Under the pieces are notes generated by a model. The model was not told where the DNA came from, ran no database searches, and was given only the letters and a program-made list of their open reading frames with translations. A DNA stretch of 64,000 nt from an uncultured archaeon (lineage in GTDB: Archaea > Thermoproteota > EX4484-205 > JAAOZP01), in assembly GCA_938045545.1 (NCBI GenBank), contig CALIBN010000002.1, forward strand, positions 100,493 through 164,492. Direction: 5' to 3'. Numbering within the stretch: the stretch's first letter is position 1; every line of letters starts with the position of its first letter. Shown in pieces: positions 56,105 through 64,000 of this stretch. Both the position numbers and the translations under genes were made by a program.

Positions 56105-58863
56105 GCGCTAAGCTTCTCCAACAGCCGCCTATTCCGAGGCTCACTGTTCAAACGCAGCAGCAACTCTTCCCTAGAGCTAACCCCTACCAGCGATTTAACA
56201 GCAGCCTCTAAAAGACTTGAAACAGGCTCCACAACAATCCCTTTAGACTCTAAGAGCTCAACTATCTTAAGGCTCTTCATAGACTCGTAATTGAAAACGG
56301 GGACTAGCAGCTTCTTCGCATACTTGTCAGCCAACGCGGCATCTATCTTACCCATTCCCCTGTGATCAAGACCTCCAACCGGCCAGACCTCACCCTTAGC
56401 CGTTATAGCGCCCGTCATTATCACCGTCGGATCCGCCTCAATACCTGTGAAGGCAGAAATCATCGCCACGCCTATTGCCAGACCTGCTGATGGGCCGGAA
56501 ACAGGAGGATAGGAGAGGCCTGGGCGGAGCTGAAGCTTCTCCATGCCCTTCGCCGGCGTGACTAGCTCCACGAAAACATCGTGATTCTTAAACCTCCACC
56601 CGGAGATGCTGTTGACATATATGAAAGCATCTTCAGCACTAGCCTGAATGCTCTCTCCATACTCGCTTCCAACAACCTTCACAACACCTTTCCCCCTCGG
56701 GTTGGTAATAACCTCTACTACGCTCACGAACCCGCTCTGCTCGCCAGCAGCGCCTATGGCGACGAGACCATAGGTTTTACCGACCTCTGGGCTTTCAACC
56801 CTCACACTCCTATCGATCATCGTGCGAGCCTCGCTAACAGCCTCCTCCTCCGAAAGGGTTTCCAAAGCCTCTTGGAAGTGAATAGGCCGAAGCGGATAGT
56901 TTGAAGCGGAGACAAGCCTGAGGCTTTCCAGGAAGCCTTCTGAAGACTGTTCTACTCCAAGTATTCTGGAAAGCCTCTCCAGATCCTTAGCGTAGATCCT
57001 TCTTATTTCTTCAACCGGTCGGCCCTCGTCAATTGTTTTAACAAGCTGCCTTGCAGCATCCAGCTCCTTAACCCTGAGCCTGTTAGCCTCGTTAATCACG
57101 TCGGCAATCCTACGGGGGCTTAAAGCCTTCTTTCTAAGTATTTCCAGCACGTTGTCCACGGTGGCTTCAGGACTAAGGACATCCAGATACTTTTTCAAAT
57201 GGATGCTTATGATCTCCCTCCTCTCCTCGTCGTTCCTAGGATAGTTGAATTCGAATACGCGCGTAAACCTTTCCAGCAGAGCCCTGTCGAGAACGTCAAG
57301 CCTATTCGTGCTGGCTATAACCACCACGCCTGAGAGAGGTATGAAGCCATCCAGCTCGGTTAAAAGCTGGCTTGTAACCCTGTCTAGGACTGGGTCGTGG
57401 GTTCCACGTCCCGGGGCGACGGAATCTATCTCGTCGAAGAAGACTATGGCTGGAGAATTTCTCCTAGCGTCTTCGAAAATATCCCTTATCGTTTTCTCAG
57501 GATCCCCGTACATCCCCTGGATTATTGAGGGCCCGTTGACGAGGTAGAACCAGACATTGTTCTCACCGGCTATGGCCCTTGCTAGAAGAGTCTTCCCGGT
57601 TCCCGGTGGGCCGTGGAAAAGAAAGCCTTTAGGCGGAATATACCTGGCCTTGCTCGCCAAATCAGGGTTCAACGATAAAGAAATCTCCTTAATAATCTCC
57701 TCCCTCACGCCCTTAAGCCCACCGACATCCCCGTAACGCTCCTTAGGCCTAAGCTTAACCACAGACTTTTTAGCGGCCTCCGTCCTAGTGCTTACAGAGT
57801 AGGCCTTAACTTTTGAAGCGGCCTCCCTGAAATCGTTCAGCGTGACGAGCTCGCCAGGGTTAACCTGGCTCTCGGCTTCACCCCCGTGGAGAAGCCTGCT
57901 GATAAGCTTCTTCTGAAGCGGGGCAGCCTTGTTGCTGACAACCATTTGGAAAGCGTTAACAATGTCGGCGGGGGTTATGGCCTGTGTTTCAAAAGACCTT
58001 ACACTGTCCTCTATCACCGTGAGAATGTCTTGGGGAGGAAGCCTAACACCGTGAACCTTACACTGTTTCTCAACTATTTTAAGCAGCATCTGTCTAGACA
58101 TGTTTTCATCAAGATCTATTGTCCCAGCAACCCCCCTTCTGCGGAGAGTGTCTATCAGCGACTCATACTCGGTTGTTGAAACCATTACGACAGTACGGTA
58201 ATCCTTCCTTTGAAGCTCGTCGAACTTCTCGAGGAGAACTGTTTGAACCCGCGTCTCCTCCATCCCAACTTCAGTTGTTGAGCTGAACTTTTTAGCAAAA
58301 GCCTGAAACTCGTCTATCAAAACTATGCTTGGATTGTAGAACACGTTGTTGAAGAACTCGCTGAGCCTCTGCGCACTCTGACCGTACCACATGGAGTAAA
58401 CCTGTTCAGGCTTAAGCCTAGCTAGGTTCACGAGCAGACCGTACTCTAAGCCTTTCTCAAAACCCTCCCTCTGCGCGACCTCGGCGAAGAAGGTTTTACC
58501 CGAGCCGCTTGAACCCTTTACGACGAACAGCTTAGGCGGGGGTGCTGCTTTAAAAGTCCTCCTTATCTCGGGATCTCTCAAAACATGGTAGTGGATGCTT
58601 ACTAGAACCTTGAAAAGCTCTTCATCCCTGCCCACAAGATCCTCCCGAGTAACCCTTGGAAACATCGGGTTTTTCCGGATCTTCCTAGCCTTTTTCTCCA
58701 CTATTTTCTTCCTCTTCTCCGGGGGGAGGCGGAGAAACTTCCACATGCGGTATTTCCAAGAGAAAAGGTTGAGTAATGGGGAGAACAATAGTCTTAGAAA
58801 CGGTTTCTTATACCACCATTCCTCCTCGAACTCCCTGTCCTCTTCGAACTCGCTCGAAAACAT
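56101..58863 (-). CDS. Tandem AAA+ (CDC48-type D1-D2) ATPase fused to a C-terminal Lon (S16) protease domain
   Basis: D1 GSSGSGKT/VLIDE/SMWYG; D2 [21 protein letters not shown]...RF; protease SIQASA..A, VSGPSAG, MTGAI...GEVWPVGG...K. Confidence 0.85.
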   Translation of the reverse strand: MFSSEFEEDREFEEEWWYKKPFLRLLFSPLLNLFSWKYRMWKFLRLPPEKRKKIVEKKARKIRKNPMFPRVTREDLVGRDEELFKVLVSIHYHVLRDPEIRRTFKAAPPPKLFVVKGSSGSGKTFFAEVAQREGFEKGLEYGLLVNLARLKPEQVYSMWYGQSAQRLSEFFNNVFYNPSIVLIDEFQAFAKKFSSTTEVGMEETRVQTVLLEKFDELQRKDYRTVVMVSTTEYESLIDTLRRRGVAGTIDLDENMSRQMLLKIVEKQCKVHGVRLPPQDILTVIEDSVRSFETQAITPADIVNAFQMVVSNKAAPLQKKLISRLLHGGEAESQVNPGELVTLNDFREAASKVKAYSVSTRTEAAKKSVVKLRPKERYGDVGGLKGVREEIIKEISLSLNPDLASKARYIPPKGFLFHGPPGTGKTLLARAIAGENNVWFYLVNGPSIIQGMYGDPEKTIRDIFEDARRNSPAIVFFDEIDSVAPGRGTHDPVLDRVTSQLLTELDGFIPLSGVVVIASTNRLDVLDRALLERFTRVFEFNYPRNDEERREIISIHLKKYLDVLSPEATVDNVLEILRKKALSPRRIADVINEANRLRVKELDAARQLVKTIDEGRPVEEIRRIYAKDLERLSRILGVEQSSEGFLESLRLVSASNYPLRPIHFQEALETLSEEEAVSEARTMIDRSVRVESPEVGKTYGLVAIGAAGEQSGFVSVVEVITNPRGKGVVKVVGSEYGESIQASAEDAFIYVNSISGWRFKNHDVFVELVTPAKGMEKLQLRPGLSYPPVSGPSAGLAIGVAMISAFTGIEADPTVIMTGAITAKGEVWPVGGLDHRGMGKIDAALADKYAKKLLVPVFNYESMKSLKIVELLESKGIVVEPVSSLLEAAVKSLVGVSSREELLLRLNSEPRNRRLLEKLSA

Positions 58864-58968
58864 TCCCTGAAGATGTTATGACACACCTAGGTATAAAGCT
58901 TTATACACGGTTATTAAACTTTGGAAACACGGAAAGAATAAAAGCCGCGTTTCCAAGTCTTCAGGGGA

Positions 58969-59685
58969 TTGGGGAAAAGCGCGTTGACACTGCTAACCTG
59001 CCTACTGCTGGCATGTGCGCTAGCCTCAGTACCGGGAAACAGCGAGACGGTGGAATACGATTTCCCCAAGGTTAACATTCTGGAGGGAGACCTCTTCGTA
59101 GTGACGTTGAGCCCCCCGGTGGAGAACATTCAAGTATACGTTAAAGGGTCTGAAAAGAAAGACTTTTCCCTACTCGTATTGACGAATAGCAGCCTCGCCA
59201 TACCTGTTTTAACAGGACGCGTTTCAATCGTGCAGCTGATACCGGAGTCTACAATGACGAACCTTACGGTGACGTTCGATTCGAACACGACTGTGAAAAT
59301 GCTCTACGCCATTTTAACTAACAACTACACGTATTATAGGCGGGTTTCTTCAGAATACTATACTTTTTCCAACGGGATTCTAGTGATCCTTCAGCCGCAA
59401 TTAACGATCCCCCGGGGCACTTCGAAAATAACTTTCATTCTAAACATGGTTAGCGTGAAAAGCTCCGGCGGGTTTCTCATCGAGCTGCCCCCGTTAGCTA
59501 CGATACTCCCCTTTGCAGCAGCAGTAGTAATACTTGCCTACTTGAACGCTTACGCCATCGTCGACTCCTACTATTTGTCTAAGCGGGAAGAATTGAGCAG
59601 AAGCAGGAAGCTGGGCGTAGCGCTTCTCATAGTTTTAAGCGCGCTTGCAATATACTGGTTGTTTAACAACTTCGTCAAATACTGA
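58969..59685 (+). CDS. Hypothetical exported/membrane protein (signal peptide, beta-rich domain, two C-terminal TMs)
   Basis: Hydropathy pattern; NxS/T sequons. Confidence 0.65.
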   Translation: MGKSALTLLTCLLLACALASVPGNSETVEYDFPKVNILEGDLFVVTLSPPVENIQVYVKGSEKKDFSLLVLTNSSLAIPVLTGRVSIVQLIPESTMTNLTVTFDSNTTVKMLYAILTNNYTYYRRVSSEYYTFSNGILVILQPQLTIPRGTSKITFILNMVSVKSSGGFLIELPPLATILPFAAAVVILAYLNAYAIVDSYYLSKREELSRSRKLGVALLIVLSALAIYWLFNNFVKY

Positions 59686-60445
59686 AGCAAACATCCTCAG
59701 GATAAACCTGACACTTCTCACAGTAGTACCTGGATTCCTCGGGTTTCCAAACAAGTTTTGAACCGCAGTTTGGACAGAGGGGCGGTGTGCCCAACGGGGG
59801 GGCCTTCCCCCTTCTAGCCCCCCCGGTCCCGGTCTCAACAGGCTTCTCTAAAGCCTGCGGCCGAGTAGGCTTAGCCGGAGCAGAGGGAGGCTTAAGGGTT
59901 AGAACAAGATGGGTTAAAACACCTGACAACACAGCTACAGCAATAATGTTGACCACCGTCCCAGCGATAATCACCAGCGAAAGCGTTGCGACAGCATCGT
60001 CCACCACGACGGTTCTTAACGATAGACCATATAGGAGTGGCTTTAAATCCCTGTGTAGAAAGTATACGCCTAGGACGGATACCGCGGTTATGGAGAAAAC
60101 AGACGCCTTAACAGCATCGTACACTGAGCTGGACAGGATGCTTGCGACAATGCTTATAATAAGGATGATTGCTAGACAGACTATTAGCCAAACACCGGAG
60201 TTGAAAAACTGGGTGAAAACGCTCACAAGACCCCTGCCTTGGGTTGCGACCGCCTCAACGCCGAAGCCGGAGACAGACATTCCTAGAGCATAAACCCAGG
60301 GACCATTATTAAGGCCGTATAGGCTTATGCTTTCACCATCGTACCGGATGCTGCTTGAAGGAAGCATGGCTAATATTGAGTCTACCAACAGTACTGGCGA
60401 GAGCGAGAGAAGCGTCAACACCACCAGCAGTAGAACCAGCCTCAA
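59675..60445 (-). CDS. Membrane protein with Pro-rich linker and C-terminal Zn ribbon
   Basis: About 4 TM segments; CPNCGSKLVW....RYYCEKC. Confidence 0.7.
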   Translation of the reverse strand: MRLVLLLVVLTLLSLSPVLLVDSILAMLPSSSIRYDGESISLYGLNNGPWVYALGMSVSGFGVEAVATQGRGLVSVFTQFFNSGVWLIVCLAIILIISIVASILSSSVYDAVKASVFSITAVSVLGVYFLHRDLKPLLYGLSLRTVVVDDAVATLSLVIIAGTVVNIIAVAVLSGVLTHLVLTLKPPSAPAKPTRPQALEKPVETGTGGARRGKAPPLGTPPLCPNCGSKLVWKPEESRYYCEKCQVYPEDVCFSI

Positions 60446-60470
60446 TCCTCTCTAACACCGCTTTTAACCA

Positions 60471-60686
60471 CTATTTAGACTTTTTCTCCTGGTTTCCAGC
60501 CTTTACGAAGGCAAGGATACCGGAGAGCACAGCGTCAAGCATCAGAAACAGGAAGGCCAGCCACATCAGATCCCTGACCGAGCCGGTTTCAACAACCGGT
60601 GAAAAAAACAGGAGCATCATTATGGCGAAAGCCGCGGATAAAGCCGCAAGAAACAGGTAGGAAGGGTTTGGCCACATCAGTATCAA
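60471..60686 (-). CDS. Small 2-TM hypothetical protein
   Basis: Two hydrophobic helices; 4-nt overlap with the upstream HTH gene. Confidence 0.55.
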   Translation of the reverse strand: MILMWPNPSYLFLAALSAAFAIMMLLFFSPVVETGSVRDLMWLAFLFLMLDAVLSGILAFVKAGNQEKKSK

Positions 60687-61009
60687 CCCGTTAAATAGCC
60701 GCCTTTACGGAGCTCGGTGCATAGGCTGCAAACATCCTCTCCAAGCTCCTTCAGAGACAAGCCTTTTTCAAAGAGCTTCCTAGCCATGTTGCCGGCATAC
60801 TCGTTAACCACAGTGTTGCCAAGGTAACGCCTTATCTTAGCACTGCCCTTTCTTCTACTCATGTAGTTGCTTACGGCTGGCTGAGTAACGTTCAGCATTC
60901 TAGCCACCTGAACCTGATTTAAACCATACTTCTCCGAAAGCTGTTTCGAAATAAGCATCCTGAGCGCTGGAACAACATACCTAATCATGTACTCGCAGTA
61001 TATCGTCAT
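60683..61009 (-). CDS. Archaeal HTH transcriptional regulator with conserved Cys (COG2522-like)
   Basis: YCE....VVPALR...L...YGLNQ.QVA.ML.VTQPAVSNY...R and CSLC motifs. Confidence 0.8.
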   Translation of the reverse strand: MTIYCEYMIRYVVPALRMLISKQLSEKYGLNQVQVARMLNVTQPAVSNYMSRRKGSAKIRRYLGNTVVNEYAGNMARKLFEKGLSLKELGEDVCSLCTELRKGGYLTG

Positions 61010-61136
61010 GCCAGAGAATACTGCGTATAACCCTTTTTTAAACATAACTGGGAAAAACAAGCTTTCTTTTTCCAGCAGACCCGAGTTTAAAAGCGGGAAA
61101 ACTTTATTTAACTTGACGAAGCATTAAAGCCTGCGA

Positions 61137-61243
61137 GCCGGGGTGGTCGAATCCGGTTCACAAGGGAATGGCTGAGAGGCGGTGGGCTGCAGAAGGAATT
61201 TGTAGCTACCCACAGTATGCGGGTTCAAATCCCGCCCCCGGCT
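61137..61243 (+). tRNA. tRNA-Cys(GCA) with two BHB introns (about 61160-61176 at 21/22; 61193-61207 at 37/38)
   Basis: Acceptor GCCGGGG/CCCCGGC with U73; T-arm GCGGG-TTCAAAT-CCCGC; anticodon stem GTGGG/CCCAC with CT-GCA-G; BRE/TATA at 61096-61112; T-run downstream; CCA not encoded. Confidence 0.92.
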
Positions 61244-61333
61244 CTATTTTTTCCGGATCCCTTCAGCATTCCAGATCATGTGTGTAAGATTGCCCTATAG
61301 AAAAATAGGATAAAATATTGGGAGGATTCTTAA

Positions 61334-62659
61334 TTAAACTAGTATCTGTGAAGGCTCGTAGTCGACAAGCTTACCCTCAAGATACTCAGCGTAGCCCTGG
61401 AGGTCGAGGAGCCCGTGGCCACTCATGTTGAAAAGAATTACTTTCTCCTCGTTATTCTTCTTACATTCTAATGCGATGTCGATAGCGGCTTTTATTGCAT
61501 GGTTGGTTTCAGGAGCAGGGACGAGACCCTCGTTTTCCGCAAAGATTCTACCAGCCTCGAATACCTCTCTCTGGTGATACGCTACAGACCTAATGTATCC
61601 TTCATGGACGAGTAGGCTAAGCGTGGGAGCTTTACCGTGATACCTGAGACCCCCCGCGTGTATTGGGGGCGTGAAGAACTTGTGGCCCACCGTATACATT
61701 TTGAGCATAGGAGTCATTTCAGCAGTGTCGCCGAAATCGTACATGTACTTACCCTTCGTGGTGGAGGGTACTGCCTTGGGCTCTACCGCTATGAATTCAG
61801 CGTCAAGCCTGCCTGCAAGCTTTTCACGCATGAAAGGGTATGCTAACCCAGCGTAGTTTGATCCTCCTCCTATGCAACCCACCACGTAGTCTGGCTTCTC
61901 GTCGAGCATTTGAAGCTGTTTCATGGCTTCCTGGCCGACGATCGTTTGATGGAGCAGAACATGGTTTAAGACGCTTCCGAGAGAATACTTCATGCCGGTT
62001 TTCACAGCAGTCTCTATCGCCTCGCTTATCGCTATCCCTAGGGAACCCGGGTGGTTCGAGTCCTGTTCAAGCATCTTCCTGCCGAAATCCGTTTGGTCGC
62101 TTGGAGAAGGATAGACTTCGGCTCCGAAGAGCTGCATGAGTACCTTCCTGTAGGGCTTCGACAAGTAGCTGCTCCTAGTCATGAAGACCTTACACTTCAT
62201 CTTGAAGAACGCGCATCCCAGTGCTAGGGCTGAGCCCCATTGGCCCGCACCGGTCTCTGTCGTCAAACCCTTTGTTCCCTCAACCATGTTGTAATATGCT
62301 TGAGCTATAGCAGTGTTAGGCTTATGGCTGCCCACGACGTTCACATACTCACACTTATAGTATATTTTCGCAGGGGTGTTAAGATACTTCTCCAGACGCG
62401 TTGCTCTTCTAAGCGGCGTCGGCCTCCCTATCGCATAGTAGGCTTGGACAACCTCCTCGGGTATTGGGATACGCCTCTGGTCTGAAACCTCCTGTCTGAC
62501 AAGCTCCTTTGCGAATAGTACTTCTAAAGCCTGAGGCGGGAGAGGCTCTTTAGTAGCAGGGTTTATCGGCGGGTCGAGTGGGCGGGGAAGGTCTGGAAGA
62601 ATATTGTACCATTCTCTAGGCATCTCCTCCGGGTTCAGGTTGACCACTGGTGGTTTCAT
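61334..62659 (-). CDS. trpB2: Tryptophan synthase beta chain type 2
   Basis: [43 protein letters not shown] and SGHGLLDL motifs; no trpA adjacent. Confidence 0.96.
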   Translation of the reverse strand: MKPPVVNLNPEEMPREWYNILPDLPRPLDPPINPATKEPLPPQALEVLFAKELVRQEVSDQRRIPIPEEVVQAYYAIGRPTPLRRATRLEKYLNTPAKIYYKCEYVNVVGSHKPNTAIAQAYYNMVEGTKGLTTETGAGQWGSALALGCAFFKMKCKVFMTRSSYLSKPYRKVLMQLFGAEVYPSPSDQTDFGRKMLEQDSNHPGSLGIAISEAIETAVKTGMKYSLGSVLNHVLLHQTIVGQEAMKQLQMLDEKPDYVVGCIGGGSNYAGLAYPFMREKLAGRLDAEFIAVEPKAVPSTTKGKYMYDFGDTAEMTPMLKMYTVGHKFFTPPIHAGGLRYHGKAPTLSLLVHEGYIRSVAYHQREVFEAGRIFAENEGLVPAPETNHAIKAAIDIALECKKNNEEKVILFNMSGHGLLDLQGYAEYLEGKLVDYEPSQILV

Positions 62660-62809
62660 TTCGAATCGCCTAGGCCCTTTAAGACAGTAGTATATATACT
62701 ATTTTGAGCAAATGTATGCTTGAGTCCATTTATACAGCGTTTTTCCGGAAGCAGAGGAAATCTCGTGTCAACCAATTTTTAAATACATGGTTCACATTGG
62801 AAGGACGGA

Positions 62810-63313
62810 ATGTGGAGCAAGGTGTATGAGAAGGTTAAAAGGCATCCTGCGAAGGTGAAGGTTGCAAGACTGCTCGTTGAGAACGGCCTCAGGATAGCTG
62901 ACGATGGCAGGATATATTGCGGGCCGATAAACATACCTGATGCGAAGATAGCTAAAGCGGCTAATGCTGACAGGAGGATAGTCAGGAACACTGTTGAACT
63001 CATTATGAAAGATGATAAGCTTAACAATATTTTCAGAGCTATTAAGCCAGCTGGCCCTAATCTGGTGGATGCTGCGCCCTACTTGGGTTTCGACGTTATA
63101 GAGATTTACGCTGACCCGAATAAGCCTGGGATAGTCGCGGGCGTAAGCACGATAATAGCTGAGCTCGGAATAAGCATAAGGCAGGTTATAGCTGACGACC
63201 CTGAGCTTGTTCCAGACCCCAAGCTCCAGATCGTTGTTAACGGCAGGGTTCCGGGTGAGGTTATTGAAAAAATGAGAAGAATACGTGGAGTAAGAAGCGT
63301 CACGTTGAAGTGA
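62810..63313 (+). CDS. ACT-domain regulator of amino acid metabolism (COG2150-like)
   Basis: N-terminal HTH-like VARLLVENGL...IYCG...DRRIV; ACT domain PGIVAGV...ISIRQ...DPEL. Confidence 0.85.
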   Translation: MWSKVYEKVKRHPAKVKVARLLVENGLRIADDGRIYCGPINIPDAKIAKAANADRRIVRNTVELIMKDDKLNNIFRAIKPAGPNLVDAAPYLGFDVIEIYADPNKPGIVAGVSTIIAELGISIRQVIADDPELVPDPKLQIVVNGRVPGEVIEKMRRIRGVRSVTLK

Positions 63314-63365
63314 TCCCACTATTTCCGCTTATATTACAAGTATAACTGATCCTGCTATGCGTGCG

Positions 63366-64000
63366 CTATTTCCTCATAAACTCCTCTACTTTCTCGATAA
63401 GCGTTCTAACGGTTTGCGAAACAATCATTTCACCCGCTTCAACACTGGCTTTCGAAGCATCTCCCTCCACACCCAGCGAGGGCCCGGCGTACTTAATGCG
63501 ATCCTCCTTAACCAGGCTCCCGTCTATGTATAGAAGCTGGGAGGTAAGGTAGGCACCGCCCGAGCCAGCCTTAGGCTCACCCTCAAGCGCTTGAACATCA
63601 GGATAGTTTTCCCAGACGTTCAACTGAAGCAGCTCAACATTCTTAACAGGATGTTTAGCCAAGAGCTCCTTGAGAATAGGCTCGTTTGACGCGTCAGCGT
63701 TAAGAAGAACAACCTTCTTGAGACCCAGTTTAGAAAGCTCTTCCACCAGGTTCACAACCAGCGTAGTTAAAACCTCGGGTTTCAAAGATATTAGGCCGCT
63801 TCCAACTCCGTACGGAGCCATGTCTATGTAGAAGACGTAGGGATGTAGTGACCCCGCTACTTTCGAAGAGTAATAGTTTGCCAGGATTGACGCTGAGCCC
63901 GCTGGAAGATGTGGACCCTGATTCCTAACCGAGCCCAGGGGAACCAGACCTACAGTAGCCTGTCCAAGCCTATATCTGATCTCGTAATATGTGGACTCGA
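63366..64000 (-). CDS. Creatininase-family protein (degenerate active site), 5'-truncated by the window edge
   Basis: Frame open to the window end: VPLGSVRNQGPHLP, PYGV, ISLKPE, GLKKVVLLN and GVEGDASKASVEAG segments. Confidence 0.75.
   Translation of the reverse strand, partial: ESTYYEIRYRLGQATVGLVPLGSVRNQGPHLPAGSASILANYYSSKVAGSLHPYVFYIDMAPYGVGSGLISLKPEVLTTLVVNLVEELSKLGLKKVVLLNADASNEPILKELLAKHPVKNVELLQLNVWENYPDVQALEGEPKAGSGGAYLTSQLLYIDGSLVKEDRIKYAGPSLGVEGDASKASVEAGEMIVSQTVRTLIEKVEEFMRK

Noticed and set aside
61225-61260. tRNA-Cys 3' end as an integration site
   Set aside because: No second copy of the tRNA 3' end or integrase seen in the window
62688-62701. Perfect palindrome TAGTATATATACTA upstream of trpB2 as an operator
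   Set aside because: Explained by a self-complementary TATA box; no clear TrpY TGTACA boxes
2640-63552. Numerous antisense or nested ORFs in the track (e.g. 2640-3221, 16350-16850, 35624-36076, 41191-41835, 55366-55863, 59787-60293, 62792-63319)
   Set aside because: They shadow well-supported genes on the other strand or frame and have no recognisable motifs
1-64000. CRISPR array, rRNA, transposase or integrase
   Set aside because: No regularly spaced repeats, rRNA-like tracts or DDE/tyrosine-recombinase motifs seen

Overview
Gene-dense chromosomal segment of an archaeon, most likely TACK superphylum (S25e, Alba, Rpo6, thermosome, arcadin-1, a CdvA-like protein, an intron-containing tRNA, BRE/TATA promoters often about 25 nt before the start codon). 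The lineage cannot be fixed from sequence alone. Housekeeping content: CDC48, ATP-dependent DNA ligase, an Lhr/phosphoesterase/DUF429/TatD cluster, PheRS, Sua5, SAMP-TtuA, a DtxR-regulated metal ABC operon, 2-oxoacid elongation enzymes and TrpB2. An AT-richer, decaying toxin-antitoxin islet (about 48.35-51.73 kb) includes one cassette flanked by a 51-bp duplication of the 3' end of the neighbouring dehydrogenase gene. The most unusual item is a 920-aa protein fusing two CDC48-type AAA+ modules to a Lon (Ser-Lys) protease domain. Other highlights: convergent CdvA-like and arcadin-1 genes; a box C/D sRNA candidate whose guide fits 16S C1402; a two-intron tRNA-Cys; a bacterial-type type II pantothenate kinase with an ECF S component; a GNAT split at a slippery heptamer; and several apparent pseudo-enzymes. 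All family calls come from motif recognition by eye; no searches were run. No CRISPR array, rRNA, transposase or integrase was seen.
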